From a virus (Duplodnaviria; Caudoviricetes): DNA of 61,105 nt. The stretch covers positions 1 through 61,105 of IMG/VR virus record IMGVR_UViG_3300006162_000242. One strand, written 5' to 3'. The translations under genes were made by a program, and so were the position numbers. The notes below the pieces were generated by a model that made no database searches, was not told where the DNA came from, and saw nothing but the letters and a program-made list of their open reading frames with translations. Positions 19,776-30,130 of this stretch are shown here, piece after piece (the first letter of the stretch is position 1; each line of letters opens with the position of its first letter).

Positions 19776-20669
19776 TTAAAAGTCCCAACTATCTTTTGTG
19801 CAAAGGTTGGCGACTTCTCCACCTTCATGGAACCTATGAATGCACCACACGGCTCGACGATAATCCTTCACTTGAGCAGTCGTGCCGTAGGCTCGGTCAG
19901 CCAACAGGACATAGTTTCGAAGGCGAAGGGAAGGTGACTTGGAAGAAAGATTTGCCCCATCTCCGCTGTATTGAGCCAGAAATGTAATTGCCTCTGGCTG
20001 ATTTCGCTCATAGAAGCTGGCAATCGCTGCGAGAACAGCGTTGCAATACAATGGCTTGGTCAAGCAATTTTCAATGACATAATGAATAGATTCATTGTGT
20101 GATTGATAGAACTCCTCAAGGTGAGCAGGAGATTGTGGAGTCATTCCCTCGGCTATCATCATAATTCTAGCTATGGGATGACCTTTGGAACGAGCACTAA
20201 ATGTATCCTTCGAAGAAGCGTCACCGTTTCGGATAGCATCCAAAATGCTTGGATTGATGGTTGAATTACGGCCTTCATTGCTGTCAATGAATTGAACTGC
20301 TTCGGGATTTCGACCCAGTTCAAGATTAAAGCGAATGGTTCGACCACTAAGATAGGCCGCAATCAATCGCTTCTGTCCATCTTGGACTACCCCGTCTTTT
20401 CCAAGCCGAACAAAATCGCTGTCCTCTTCTTTCCATCTATCAGCAGCCATATCCGAAAAATATTGTTTCACCTTCCGTGGACTAATTGGACGATTACGAT
20501 AGTTCCACTCGTCAAGCAAATGCTTGGCATCCACGGGTGTTACAGACACATTGTAAGCAACTTCCCGCTGATGCCGTATCCAACGGTGGGGAGTTTGAAT
20601 CGAAGGTTTTGTTGGAGAGTAAACTTTCAAAAACTCTGTTATTATGTTCTTCATATATGTAACTATCAA
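19776..20669 (-). CDS. ParB/Srx-like N-terminal domain protein
   Basis: VTP..AK.LL..N.RNRPIS...V.QY..DM...W, QDGQKRL.A. Confidence 0.65.
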   Translation of the reverse strand: MIVTYMKNIITEFLKVYSPTKPSIQTPHRWIRHQREVAYNVSVTPVDAKHLLDEWNYRNRPISPRKVKQYFSDMAADRWKEEDSDFVRLGKDGVVQDGQKRLIAAYLSGRTIRFNLELGRNPEAVQFIDSNEGRNSTINPSILDAIRNGDASSKDTFSARSKGHPIARIMMIAEGMTPQSPAHLEEFYQSHNESIHYVIENCLTKPLYCNAVLAAIASFYERNQPEAITFLAQYSGDGANLSSKSPSLRLRNYVLLADRAYGTTAQVKDYRRAVWCIHRFHEGGEVANLCTKDSWDF

Positions 20670-20690
20670 AACCCACTATGGGTTCATTGT

Positions 20691-21647
20691 TTAAGAATAA
20701 TAGCATAATGACTTGTTGCAGTCAACTAGTTTCTTATTTTTGATGTAAAACTCACAGGACAAAGCACTTACGAGCGGGTTTAAAATGGCGGCAACAACGG
20801 GGACAACCATCGAATTCGTAAACATATTCAGCCGCTTGGTCGTGCTGATGTCATCGGGGAAGTTGAATGTGGCAGGAAACCCAAACAATCGTCGCACTTC
20901 GTCCACGGTTGGACTCCGAAGCTGCCCCGTGGCCTTGTGGGTCGCCGCCACACAGCTAATGAACTCTGAACTAGAGCCTCGGCGGGACAGCGTATGCGTT
21001 AAACAGGGCATATAATCGTGTTTCCACCCATATAGCTTACGCTGAACTTTTGGCTTGGATAGGAAATGTCGAGTGACAAGTTCGGGCGATGAAACAGGAA
21101 AAATGAAGCGTTTTAACGATGACTGCTTGGCAGTCGGAGCAGGAAATTGAAATTTGAAATGAGTGGCTACCACGAAAAGACGTTCCCGATGCTGAGGAAT
21201 ACCATAATCAACACCGTTCAAAATGGCATAGGAAACGACATAACCCATTTTCTCAAACCGACCGATGATGTCTTTCAGGAGTGAGCCATTCTCATAGGTA
21301 GCAAGCCCAACAACATTCTCCATTACCACGACCCGAGGCAGAGTTTCCGCAATCAAGTCAAGCGTTGTGTATAATAACCTGCCACGGGAGTCCCCAAGCC
21401 CTCGACGATGCCCTGCATAACTAAACGCCTGACACGGGGAGCCGAACACAAGAATGTCCGTGTAGGGAAGGTGGGAAATCTTCGTCACATCATCGTAAAA
21501 GTGCTGACACTTGTAATTGTATAAGAAAGTGGTTTTTACGGCGGGGTCAAAATCACACGCATAGGTGAGTTGATGTGGAATCCCCAAACTTTTCAATGCC
21601 TGTTCGGGTGCCCCAATACCAGAAAACAAAGTTCCAAATGTAATCAT
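20691..21647 (-). CDS. dcm: C5-cytosine DNA methyltransferase
   Basis: LFSGIGA, GSPCQAFS.AG, ENV.GL, PQ.RERLF. Confidence 0.92.
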   Translation of the reverse strand: MITFGTLFSGIGAPEQALKSLGIPHQLTYACDFDPAVKTTFLYNYKCQHFYDDVTKISHLPYTDILVFGSPCQAFSYAGHRRGLGDSRGRLLYTTLDLIAETLPRVVVMENVVGLATYENGSLLKDIIGRFEKMGYVVSYAILNGVDYGIPQHRERLFVVATHFKFQFPAPTAKQSSLKRFIFPVSSPELVTRHFLSKPKVQRKLYGWKHDYMPCLTHTLSRRGSSSEFISCVAATHKATGQLRSPTVDEVRRLFGFPATFNFPDDISTTKRLNMFTNSMVVPVVAAILNPLVSALSCEFYIKNKKLVDCNKSLCYYS

Positions 21648-22210
21648 TCACCCAACATATCACACTTTAAAAAAAAGTCAAGACTGTTTCGGAAGATTAA
21701 CAAATATCGGTAGATTGTCGGAAGATTCGCAAATATCGGGTAGATTTCCAGATTTCATTAATTTCTCAGTGGCATTTTGATGGTCAATGATTTCTTGCGT
21801 TATTTTTTGCAATTCCTCTTGATGAAATTCAGGAGTATTCCACTGAGGATTTCCACGACAAGGGCAACGGCATAATCTACCACCATATTGCCCCTTTGGT
21901 GCTGGATGTGCTTGTTCACAGGCACCATGATTGCCATTCTCACACGCTTCACAGGTATAGAGCCAAACCATATTTTACCTAAGAGTTTCGTCCGTGTTTT
22001 AAATGTTTTACTTGACGCTCTACGGTTTCGAATCGGTCCTTTATCTTCATCAGAATCTCCACATCTGGCTTCGCTTCCAATTCAGCTACACGGCCTTCCA
22101 GTTTAGCAATACGCTGCTGCAAATCAATAACAGCTTGATTATCCTGTTCGGAGACATCGTGATAATCACTCGGTCGGCGGTGTGTTGAATCTGGTCCTCT
22201 TCCCATAGGT

Positions 22211-22663
22211 TTATCCTTCGTAATTACAAATGTATAAATCCAGCGGTGACTCGGCAAACACATCTTCGATGATTGCTCGAACAATAGTCCAGCGTCCGCC
22301 GCCCAAAACACACCCCATATTCTTTGGCAAGCCAAGGCGTTTCAAACCATTATCTATGGCGTGTTTCTCGATTCGTCGTAGCCCATCATCCATCGCATCG
22401 TAAGTTGTCATCTTGCCAGTTCCAATGAAGAATTGGCTATACATATTATAAATGTGAAAATTGCTCGGGAGAACCGCTACTGAAAATGTGCCAAGCTTTG
22501 CTTTGTCACCATAGGGAGTTTTGCAATCGGCCTCATATGCTTCTGGAAACTTGGCACGGATACGAGCAGCAATACCACCACCCATTGTATGGTGACAGTT
22601 TGCTTGGTGGATTATCCCATCCAAGGGATAAGTCAATAGATTTGCGTCAACTTCATGTATCAT
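22211..22663 (-). CDS. Macro domain protein (ADP-ribose binding or hydrolase)
   Basis: IIHQANC..TMGGGIA..I...FP, NMYSQ, P..MGCVLGGG.W. Confidence 0.9.
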   Translation of the reverse strand: MIHEVDANLLTYPLDGIIHQANCHHTMGGGIAARIRAKFPEAYEADCKTPYGDKAKLGTFSVAVLPSNFHIYNMYSQFFIGTGKMTTYDAMDDGLRRIEKHAIDNGLKRLGLPKNMGCVLGGGRWTIVRAIIEDVFAESPLDLYICNYEG

Positions 22664-22666
22664 AAA

Positions 22667-23083
22667 TTAAGACATCCAATCCATGCGAGCACGGATGATT
22701 TTATTTGGTTCTTTGCGATTAACCACAAAAATACCACCCCGACCAGAAAGCATTCCTCCATATTCATATTTATATCCCGCCTCTTCGGGCTTGATACCTT
22801 CGCTGATGGCCTCAAATGGGTCGAGCATTTCTTTTTTGGAATCAAGCAAAAGTTGCTGAACCGTATATCCGTGATAATATTGGCGAATGCGGTCTTCGTC
22901 ACTCCAAATGTCAAAGTTATGTTTATCTTTGTAACCCGTAAAACGCCAACCGTCCACTTTTCGCTTGGATTCCCATGTAAATGCAGCAATACGACCATCC
23001 TCTTGGACAACCTTCTCGTGGTCGTAATAATTATACTTTTCGAGCGATGGCTCGTTTCGTGGGGGGCGGGTAGGAAATATCAT
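22667..23083 (-). CDS. Phage hypothetical protein
   Basis: Intact operon ORF; LSGRGGIF motif. Confidence 0.55.
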   Translation of the reverse strand: MIFPTRPPRNEPSLEKYNYYDHEKVVQEDGRIAAFTWESKRKVDGWRFTGYKDKHNFDIWSDEDRIRQYYHGYTVQQLLLDSKKEMLDPFEAISEGIKPEEAGYKYEYGGMLSGRGGIFVVNRKEPNKIIRARMDWMS

Positions 23084-23355
23084 ATTTTAGTCTCCGCCGT
23101 GTTCGGCTTGTGGTTTCATTGGAATAGCATCGAATCCCTTGCACCGACCATCATCGCCAATTTTGCAGATGCTTGGAACAATGCACTTTTCCTGTTGATT
23201 CCACCTGCATCCAGTGGCCTTACAGTCAATGTCCGCCCAATCACGGGAGACGGGGAACCCATAAGGACGACGCTCCCGAGGCATTAACCCGTGAACACTG
23301 GGGTTTGCCCTGCGTTCACGCATAATGTAGTCCGTATCTTCGAATCCGCCGTCGC

Positions 23356-23679
23356 TCATAGTTTTACTTTGCTCTTCCATCGCTTCGATACGATGTTGAA
23401 CTTCTCTACTATAGCACATTCTGGGTCAATGTCAAGTTCGTGGCACAAAAGACTCAGGTAGGTAACAATGTCGGCAACTTCGTGGGCCAGCCACTTCTTC
23501 GGGATTTTGTCACCACGACGACGTTTTTTGAGATAATTGCACAGTTCCCCGACTTCACCCGATAGGGCACACCCCCACTCCATTTCGCTCCAGTCGGTCG
23601 AGTGCTTTACATCCTCGGTGCTACGTTGCACGTTTTTCTTGTGGAAATGTCGAAATGTTAATGGTTCACGCTTTTTCAT
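23356..23679 (-). CDS. MazG-like nucleotide pyrophosphohydrolase
   Basis: LSGEVGEL.N..KK, EVADIV.YL, EKFN; start taken at MKKREP. Confidence 0.85.
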   Translation of the reverse strand: MKKREPLTFRHFHKKNVQRSTEDVKHSTDWSEMEWGCALSGEVGELCNYLKKRRRGDKIPKKWLAHEVADIVTYLSLLCHELDIDPECAIVEKFNIVSKRWKSKVKL

Positions 23680-24112
23680 TGATTGCAATCCATTTGAATT
23701 TTTCGGTTGGTATCTTATAAAAATATTCCCCATCCTTGACATACTTATTTCGATTCAAGTGCAGATTGGTATCCACAATGTATGGCTTAATATCTTTGCC
23801 TTCGATAATACCCATTCGTGAGAAGTCTCTTGACAGGATAGCATAGGCAGTAACTCCATCATCGAGGAACTTGGCTTTGCGTTCGGGGACATTGATTTCG
23901 GAGAAAGGAAAATCTTCCCCGACCCAAGGCAATCGGTGCTCTAACTCCATTCTCACGGCTCCATCTGGAGATAGAAGGTCCACGCCATATTGATTGTTAT
24001 TCTCCACGAGAGGAATACCTTGTTTTTTGAAGTATTCTATAACTACTCTGCGTGATTGTGGGTCGTTGCTCTGGTGCAATGCCCTACTAAACGGTTTTCT
24101 TTCACCAAACAT
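23666..24112 (-). CDS. Putative PD-(D/E)XK-fold nuclease
   Basis: YGVDL......ELEHR, ERK.KF. Confidence 0.5.
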   Translation of the reverse strand: MFGERKPFSRALHQSNDPQSRRVVIEYFKKQGIPLVENNNQYGVDLLSPDGAVRMELEHRLPWVGEDFPFSEINVPERKAKFLDDGVTAYAILSRDFSRMGIIEGKDIKPYIVDTNLHLNRNKYVKDGEYFYKIPTEKFKWIAINEKA

Positions 24113-24805
24113 TTATTCGCCTTTCTCTTTCCATTCGAGCAACATAAGTATCTTTTTCACGATGGCGTCTTTGCCCTCGGTGGTTCCATCAAACGTCTCG
24201 AATAGAATGTCATGTTTAAGCAGCATGTCTGCAACAGCATAATCAATATCCTTGGCGTGTTCTTCGCCGTGAATTCGACCCTTGGGATTGAATGGTTTCT
24301 TACGCTTGAGATAAACATTGTAAGTCCACATCTTGTTATGCTCTTCCACTACAAGTTTTTCAAGGGTAGGACGCTTTTCGCCATCATACACGGGAGTTAG
24401 CAACAATGGACTATCGGTAATGATAACATCCACCTTTCCCATAAGTCTATGAATACGATGGTATTGTTTTCCAAAAATGTAAATTTGGTCCGTAAAAGTC
24501 CGATGTCGTTCTTCCCACGTCAAATCCTTGGCAAACTCGGCGGCAATCTCACAATTAATTCCACGAGTCTTCAAATCGAAGAAGACGCCAGCAGCAGTTG
24601 TGCTCTTACCAGCCCCGGGACCAGCAAACAGATTGACCACCAACGTTTCGTGCTGACCCTTAGCAGTTACCCGTTCATCTTCGGTAAACTTAACCAATTC
24701 AGGGTCATTCATTGCTTCCATACTGTCAATGACATCCGCATTGGGATAATGAAATGCGTGGGTCTCCATCGTGGTAGGGAATAAATTTTCGTTATCGTTT
24801 GGCAT
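24113..24805 (-). CDS. NadR/Ttd14-like P-loop kinase (AAA_28)
   Basis: NLFAGPGAGKST, EFAK, DQIYIFGKQ, IITDSPL, GR. Confidence 0.75.
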   Translation of the reverse strand: MPNDNENLFPTTMETHAFHYPNADVIDSMEAMNDPELVKFTEDERVTAKGQHETLVVNLFAGPGAGKSTTAAGVFFDLKTRGINCEIAAEFAKDLTWEERHRTFTDQIYIFGKQYHRIHRLMGKVDVIITDSPLLLTPVYDGEKRPTLEKLVVEEHNKMWTYNVYLKRKKPFNPKGRIHGEEHAKDIDYAVADMLLKHDILFETFDGTTEGKDAIVKKILMLLEWKEKGE

Positions 24806-25301
24806 AAAATTCGAATATTCTTTTTTCGTCTCGACGAACTGCCGCTTTAAGCAGACGTTTTATTTCGGTATCAAATTTGATTTTGCGTTTGCTCTTCTTA
24901 GCACATTCTTCACAGACACTCTGTATCCATCCTTTTGTATGTCCAACATGACCACAACCACCAATGCCGCAGATTTCGCAGAAGTAATGGGATAGAGTCT
25001 CACTCATACTAATGAGACCGTGACAGTATTCGTCCCCTCCTTTGGCATAAATACGCAAACCCCCAAATTTCTCCTTCACTTGAAGGAACACCATTTGGTC
25101 CATTAGTGGCTCGTCTTTACGATATTTGTTATGTTGGTCAATGTGCTCTTGGATTCGATGACATAGCGAATCAATTATTGGAAACCAACCATTTCCACAT
25201 TCGAAACCACGCCCCATGCAAGACTCACGAGCAGATTTCTCTCGTTCGATGAAGATGCGAGGATACTTCTCGCATAGATATTTGTCGAGTGATTTATGCA
25301 T
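24792..25301 (-). CDS. Phage hypothetical protein with Zn ribbon
   Basis: ECGNGW, QVKEKFGGLRIY, CEICG...C..C. Confidence 0.7.
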   Translation of the reverse strand: MHKSLDKYLCEKYPRIFIEREKSARESCMGRGFECGNGWFPIIDSLCHRIQEHIDQHNKYRKDEPLMDQMVFLQVKEKFGGLRIYAKGGDEYCHGLISMSETLSHYFCEICGIGGCGHVGHTKGWIQSVCEECAKKSKRKIKFDTEIKRLLKAAVRRDEKRIFEFYAKR

Positions 25302-25647
25302 ACATTACTTGGTTACAGGAAAACATTTCAGGCAGAGATTCAGCCGACGTTCTCCGCCTTGGATTACAAACCCAACATAGCCACGGCCATAGCACTTCTT
25401 ACAATTCGCTTTGGGAGGATAGGGCACCTTGAATTCAATCGTCTCAGGTTTGCCATCCTTATCTTGGCGAACTGCCTTCAAGATTTGAGGACCACGCTTT
25501 GGAATAGGTTTTCCCGTCACATCGTTGACGAGGACGAATTCAGATTTGGGGGCAGGTTGTTGTTTTGGTTGAGTGGGAGTATATTCGAGTTCCATAATGC
25601 ACACATTATACCTTATACGTCCAAATCGTCAATTTATTATAACAAAA

Positions 25648-25675
25648 ATGCCGTGAAGATTTCTCTCCACGGCAT
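25648..25675 (-). terminator. Intrinsic terminator after the SPFH gene
   Basis: ATGCCGTG / CACGGCAT stem with a T tract on the minus strand. Confidence 0.65.
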
Positions 25676-25692
25676 CGTGAATTTAACAATGA

Positions 25693-26889
25693 TTACTTGG
25701 AGGCCGCAGGGCGAACACCAAGAATGGATTGGATTGAACCCATGAAGTTGTCAGAGATAATCGTCGGATTGAAGTTATTCGGCAGATAGCCCTGAATACC
25801 CTTCGTTCCTTCGGCTAACGATTGAGCAATCTGAATCTTCGCATACGCATCGGGACCAGCCGCCTTGTATGAATCAATCATTAATTGCTTGGCTTGCGCC
25901 TCGGCCTTACCAACAGCCAAGATACCTTCAGCTTCGGCGGTCATACCAAGTCGCTTACCTTCACCTTGCAATTCGGCTTGCTTCTTAGCCGCTTCGGCAG
26001 CAACTTCAACTTGTTCCGCAGCAGCCTTGGCAGCAATGGTGACTTGTGAGGCTTGAGCCGTAGCATTGACCGTGACTTGTTCCGCAGACGCTTTGGCTTT
26101 GATAACCACGATTTGAGCGTCTCGGTCAGCGGCAACGACTTGTGTATTCAAATCCGCCTGCGCTTTGGCTTTGGCAACGAGAGCATCGGCCTCGGCAGCT
26201 TTTTGTTCTTCCACGGCACGCAATTGTGATTGAACAGCAATCTGCTTTTTCACGATTTCAGCAACATAATTCGGGTCAAGAGCAATGTGCTCGATTACGA
26301 AGTTTTCCACGATAACACCACGTTCCCGAAGCTCTTTTCCTTCGCCCGAATCTTTACCTGCAAGAGCCGTCTGGATTGAAGCTTGCAACTTAACCAGCCC
26401 TTCACCAGAATAAGCATCAATAGCTTTCATCCGTGTAGCTTCATCCTTGACCACCCGCAGAACGACAGGACGAATCAACTTTTCTTCGATGTCTTCACGC
26501 ACAGTCTTGTGAATGGATACCAGATTGGCGGGGTCGAGACGCCAACGAAGGTTCATGGAGATTTTCATATCCTGACCTTCCTGTGACTGGACGAGATAAG
26601 CATCTTGCTCACGGCCCCGAGCAGACTTGCCCTCTTGTGCCATCGGCTTGTCGTTCATCACATAGACACGGCTTGACGCATCATACTTGTAAACGGTCTG
26701 TGACCAACCCGGGAACAGGAAGTAGGTCTTGGGTTGCATAATGTCCGTGCAGACACCATCGGACCACGTTTCCTTGACGCCGAGTTCGTTACCCTCGACG
26801 GTTACGATTTTGATTGAGGTAAAGGCGAGCACTAAAATTACCAGTAGGATAATTCCGCTCACAATGAGTTTAATAGGATTATTTTTCAT
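25693..26889 (-). CDS. SPFH/Band-7 (prohibitin/flotillin-like) membrane protein
   Basis: N-terminal TM segment, Band-7 core, long Ala/Glu/Lys coiled coil (AEAE-type repeats). Confidence 0.85.
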   Translation of the reverse strand: MKNNPIKLIVSGIILLVILVLAFTSIKIVTVEGNELGVKETWSDGVCTDIMQPKTYFLFPGWSQTVYKYDASSRVYVMNDKPMAQEGKSARGREQDAYLVQSQEGQDMKISMNLRWRLDPANLVSIHKTVREDIEEKLIRPVVLRVVKDEATRMKAIDAYSGEGLVKLQASIQTALAGKDSGEGKELRERGVIVENFVIEHIALDPNYVAEIVKKQIAVQSQLRAVEEQKAAEADALVAKAKAQADLNTQVVAADRDAQIVVIKAKASAEQVTVNATAQASQVTIAAKAAAEQVEVAAEAAKKQAELQGEGKRLGMTAEAEGILAVGKAEAQAKQLMIDSYKAAGPDAYAKIQIAQSLAEGTKGIQGYLPNNFNPTIISDNFMGSIQSILGVRPAASK

Positions 26890-27232
26890 ATTTTGTGTGT
26901 TGTGTGTTGTTTAACTGTTTGACTTTTGTTTGCCCAAGTCGGCGTCAACCTTCGGCTCGGGAGATTCTGTGGGTTTAGATTTAGTGGAACAGCTACATCC
27001 GCACTTGTGGGATGATGGGTCATCCTGCGTTTCGGTCGGTGCGGGGATTTTTACCCACCGCAACGCTGAAAAGGTCCAATAAGCAAAGTATGCCAGCACA
27101 ATGACGGTCGCAAACCGTTCAACATTTGGGCTGATTTTGATTTCTCCAAATGCAGTTGCAGCAAAAAGGATTAGCCAGCCAATTGCCAATAGGATTAGAA
27201 CAAGGAACTTTTTATCTTTCATATGTGTATGT

Positions 27233-27916
27233 TTATACGGTTAAGGGTTCTTTCGGACCATCGGGACGATGGTGGTCAACCACAAGAATTTGTTTCTTGT
27301 TCATGACCTCTTGAATTTCAGTCATTGACCACGGTTTGCCGTGTCCATCCCAACCGACATCCAAAATCTTTCCGTGAGTAGTGTCGCCACGACTCAGGGG
27401 ACATCCGTTATGGGAATGTCCACAAAGCATCCACGCACCTTGAGCCATGTTGTTCCATACGTAAATAGGATAATGGTCCATTACCACAAACTGCCCATTG
27501 ATTGCAGCCTCAATTCGATGCCCGATGTAAAGCATATTCTTGTATTGCACCGGATACGTCTCCACAGGAAACGGGCCAATGAATTTGTTCTCCATCGCCT
27601 TGCGATAGACAGACTTTTCGTGGGGGTTGTTGTGATTTCCCCACAGACACCACAGATTGCGGCAACGAATGCGAGAAAGATAAGCATCAAATTGCTCGTT
27701 GGTAGTATTCAGACAGAAGTCCCCGAGCATAAAAAGGATGTCATTCTCACGAACGATTTCATTCGTGGTATCCATCCACATATTGTCATGCTCCTCGATG
27801 CTGTTATAGCCACGGGATTGCCACGGTGGAGCCGTCTTCCACTTCGGATTATGTCCCAAATGCGGGTCCGAAGTAAAATATACTTTCTGTTCTGCGGTTT
27901 CTCGAATGTTAATCAT
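27233..27916 (-). CDS. Calcineurin-like metallophosphoesterase
   Basis: FTSDPHLGH, LGDF, GNH, HYP, GHSH, DVGWD. Confidence 0.9.
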   Translation of the reverse strand: MINIRETAEQKVYFTSDPHLGHNPKWKTAPPWQSRGYNSIEEHDNMWMDTTNEIVRENDILFMLGDFCLNTTNEQFDAYLSRIRCRNLWCLWGNHNNPHEKSVYRKAMENKFIGPFPVETYPVQYKNMLYIGHRIEAAINGQFVVMDHYPIYVWNNMAQGAWMLCGHSHNGCPLSRGDTTHGKILDVGWDGHGKPWSMTEIQEVMNKKQILVVDHHRPDGPKEPLTV

Positions 27917-28149
27917 AAAACTTCTCTCATTACTTGCCGACTGCGAATAACGACTTCACCGTTGGCTCCAATAGCGTCAAGATTGCGGTCAAGTTCTTTA
28001 TCCGTTGCTTCCACCAGACTGTATTCGCCGTCGTAAATAACAACGCTCATTCCGTGGGATTTTAAAATTTTTCCAATTTTCCGTGCGATGGTGGTCTTTC
28101 CCACCCCCGCTGTTCCGGCAATTTCAATATTGATGTATATGTTTTTCAT
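27913..28149 (-). CDS. Small P-loop protein
   Basis: IAGTAGVGKTT in a ~78-aa ORF. Confidence 0.6.
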   Translation of the reverse strand: MKNIYINIEIAGTAGVGKTTIARKIGKILKSHGMSVVIYDGEYSLVEATDKELDRNLDAIGANGEVVIRSRQVMREVL

Positions 28150-28739
28150 GCTAACAATGGGAGTGAGTTTCCAGTTTTTCCAATTTGGATAAATTTTTGG
28201 AATATGCCAAGGGTCTTCATGGTATCCACACGACAATCGTGGTCTGGTCCATTGATGGCAATACCGAAATAATCAGCCAAGGCAGACACACTTCCATCAC
28301 AATCCTCATCCATCTTACCACACGCCCGCAGGAATTGCAAAATGACCGAGGTATCTTGATAATGATAGGTGCAGAACTGTTCCCAAGAACCTTGGGAAAT
28401 GAGGCGAGCCAAAACGTGCTCCATATCACCCTTGATGCCATGTCCCACAGGGGTCAAACGACAACCTGCTTTCTTACCACAATCCGTGAGAAACTTAAAT
28501 AGAAGCGGTTTGGCTTCCTTATAGGTAATCGCCGATTTGTCATGCTTGGCAAGGTCAATCTTATTCACGGACATACCTTGACCGCCGACAATGTAAGTAT
28601 CATCGTCGGGCTTGACTTCGAGATACAAATCTCCAATCAATTTGAAGTTTGCGTCGGTGACTCGAAAATAAGCGGTGAGCAAAGAATATTTCAATTCTCT
28701 GCCGCCCATTTCGCAGTCCATGAACAGGTATGCAATCAT
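28146..28739 (-). CDS. DEDDh 3'-5' exonuclease
   Basis: FMDCEMGG, VGH.I.GD, DT, HDCRVD. Confidence 0.8.
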   Translation of the reverse strand: MIAYLFMDCEMGGRELKYSLLTAYFRVTDANFKLIGDLYLEVKPDDDTYIVGGQGMSVNKIDLAKHDKSAITYKEAKPLLFKFLTDCGKKAGCRLTPVGHGIKGDMEHVLARLISQGSWEQFCTYHYQDTSVILQFLRACGKMDEDCDGSVSALADYFGIAINGPDHDCRVDTMKTLGIFQKFIQIGKTGNSLPLLA

Positions 28740-28771
28740 TATGAAGACTATAACACAGGATTCGGGAAGAG

Positions 28772-29254
28772 TCAACTTCTTTTTATATGTCGTTGAGGCT
28801 TATGTCGTTGCCACCACTTCAATACCTTGCCACATTGTTGCAGACAATTGCTCGATGCCGATTCTTCGGGAATGTTGACATCTGCTTCCTCGGCAAAAGA
28901 GGGGAGGGATAAGAATCCAACCCGTTCAAACATAGTAGGATATGTTATCCATCCTTCATTGGTGATGTGTGCATCATAAATCTCTCTCGGTTGAGATGCG
29001 ATACATTTTCGAAAGGTCCGATAAATAGTATATTTTTCACCGGGATGATATGGAATTGCCGTTAGGCAATGTGCCACAGAGGGAGCCACACATATTCGTT
29101 TATCATTTGGCTCGGAGTAGTTTCGGTTTATTGACTTACTATTGTCTCTGGGTGCCAAATATACTTGCTTCTTCGTGAGGGTGGCTGAAACATGATACCA
29201 ATACCGTGGGGCCGTATAAAGACACTTTTTCTGTATGTGTTTTTTTGTTGCCAT
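28772..29254 (-). CDS. Hypothetical protein, possible ADP-ribosyltransferase-like fold
   Basis: WYHVS...EP..KRICVAPS...DA.ITNE.W (H/S/E spacing). Confidence 0.4.
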   Translation of the reverse strand: MATKKHIQKKCLYTAPRYWYHVSATLTKKQVYLAPRDNSKSINRNYSEPNDKRICVAPSVAHCLTAIPYHPGEKYTIYRTFRKCIASQPREIYDAHITNEGWITYPTMFERVGFLSLPSFAEEADVNIPEESASSNCLQQCGKVLKWWQRHKPQRHIKRS

Positions 29255-29265
29255 AAATTGAATGC

Positions 29266-29742
29266 TTATGGATGGAGGGGCAAATCCCCAACCAGTTCCA
29301 TAGCATCGGTGCTGCCTGCGGCTACAAAGACATAACCACAAGTAATTTCTTTGCGAAAGCATACTGCTCGCCCATTATCTTTCACAAGGGTCGGAGCCGT
29401 CAAAGTTTTCTTTGGAATGAGGGCAGCAATTTCCGTGGTGGTATCGAAAGGATAGGTGGTATCCCACACAGGGCCAAAGGGCACCGTTCCCATTCGCATC
29501 TGTGCTCGCTTTATGCGGTCTATTAAAGTAGCTTTATTCACCGACAGCACAATGGCGGTTCCGAATGGGTTGTCTCGGTTCGAGTATTCTTTTACCCCCA
29601 ATGAATCGGGCCACTCGGCAGTCAAATGATTGGCCGCATGAGCCGCTTGTGCCATTGCCTTGCCTGCATTCATTGACGGAAGGTCGTTCCGCATCAGAAT
29701 GTAAAGGCGATATTCAATCTTCGTCTTCTTCGTCTTCATCAT
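29266..29742 (-). CDS. Peptidyl-tRNA hydrolase type 2-like protein
   Basis: LYILMRNDL.SMNAGKAMAQAAHAA; C-terminal L.L. Confidence 0.75.
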   Translation of the reverse strand: MMKTKKTKIEYRLYILMRNDLPSMNAGKAMAQAAHAANHLTAEWPDSLGVKEYSNRDNPFGTAIVLSVNKATLIDRIKRAQMRMGTVPFGPVWDTTYPFDTTTEIAALIPKKTLTAPTLVKDNGRAVCFRKEITCGYVFVAAGSTDAMELVGDLPLHP

Positions 29743-30130
29743 GTTCCTTACAGGGACAGTTTTTCTTGCATTTGCATATGTAAGTCTTGTGGATGATGCC
29801 TTCCCACGGCCATCCGCCCATCCAGAAACTTGCTACACAAATAGTGATTACAATCCAGATTATTGCATCTGGCCAAGAGGTTGGAACTTCGGTTGCTAAC
29901 ATATTTTTATAAACCTATCAGATGTCCAAATTCAGTTCGCCAACAGTCATGACTACAAGCCCATCCCATAAAGGACATGGTTAGTATCAATACTATAATG
30001 CCAAGCAATGCAATCCACCATTTACCAGTTATAATGGTTGCCGCAGACCCAATGCACAAAATTATTGTGGCGACCCATGATATTAAGCATATCATTCCGT
30101 ATAGAGTCAAATATAATGATTGTAAAAATG

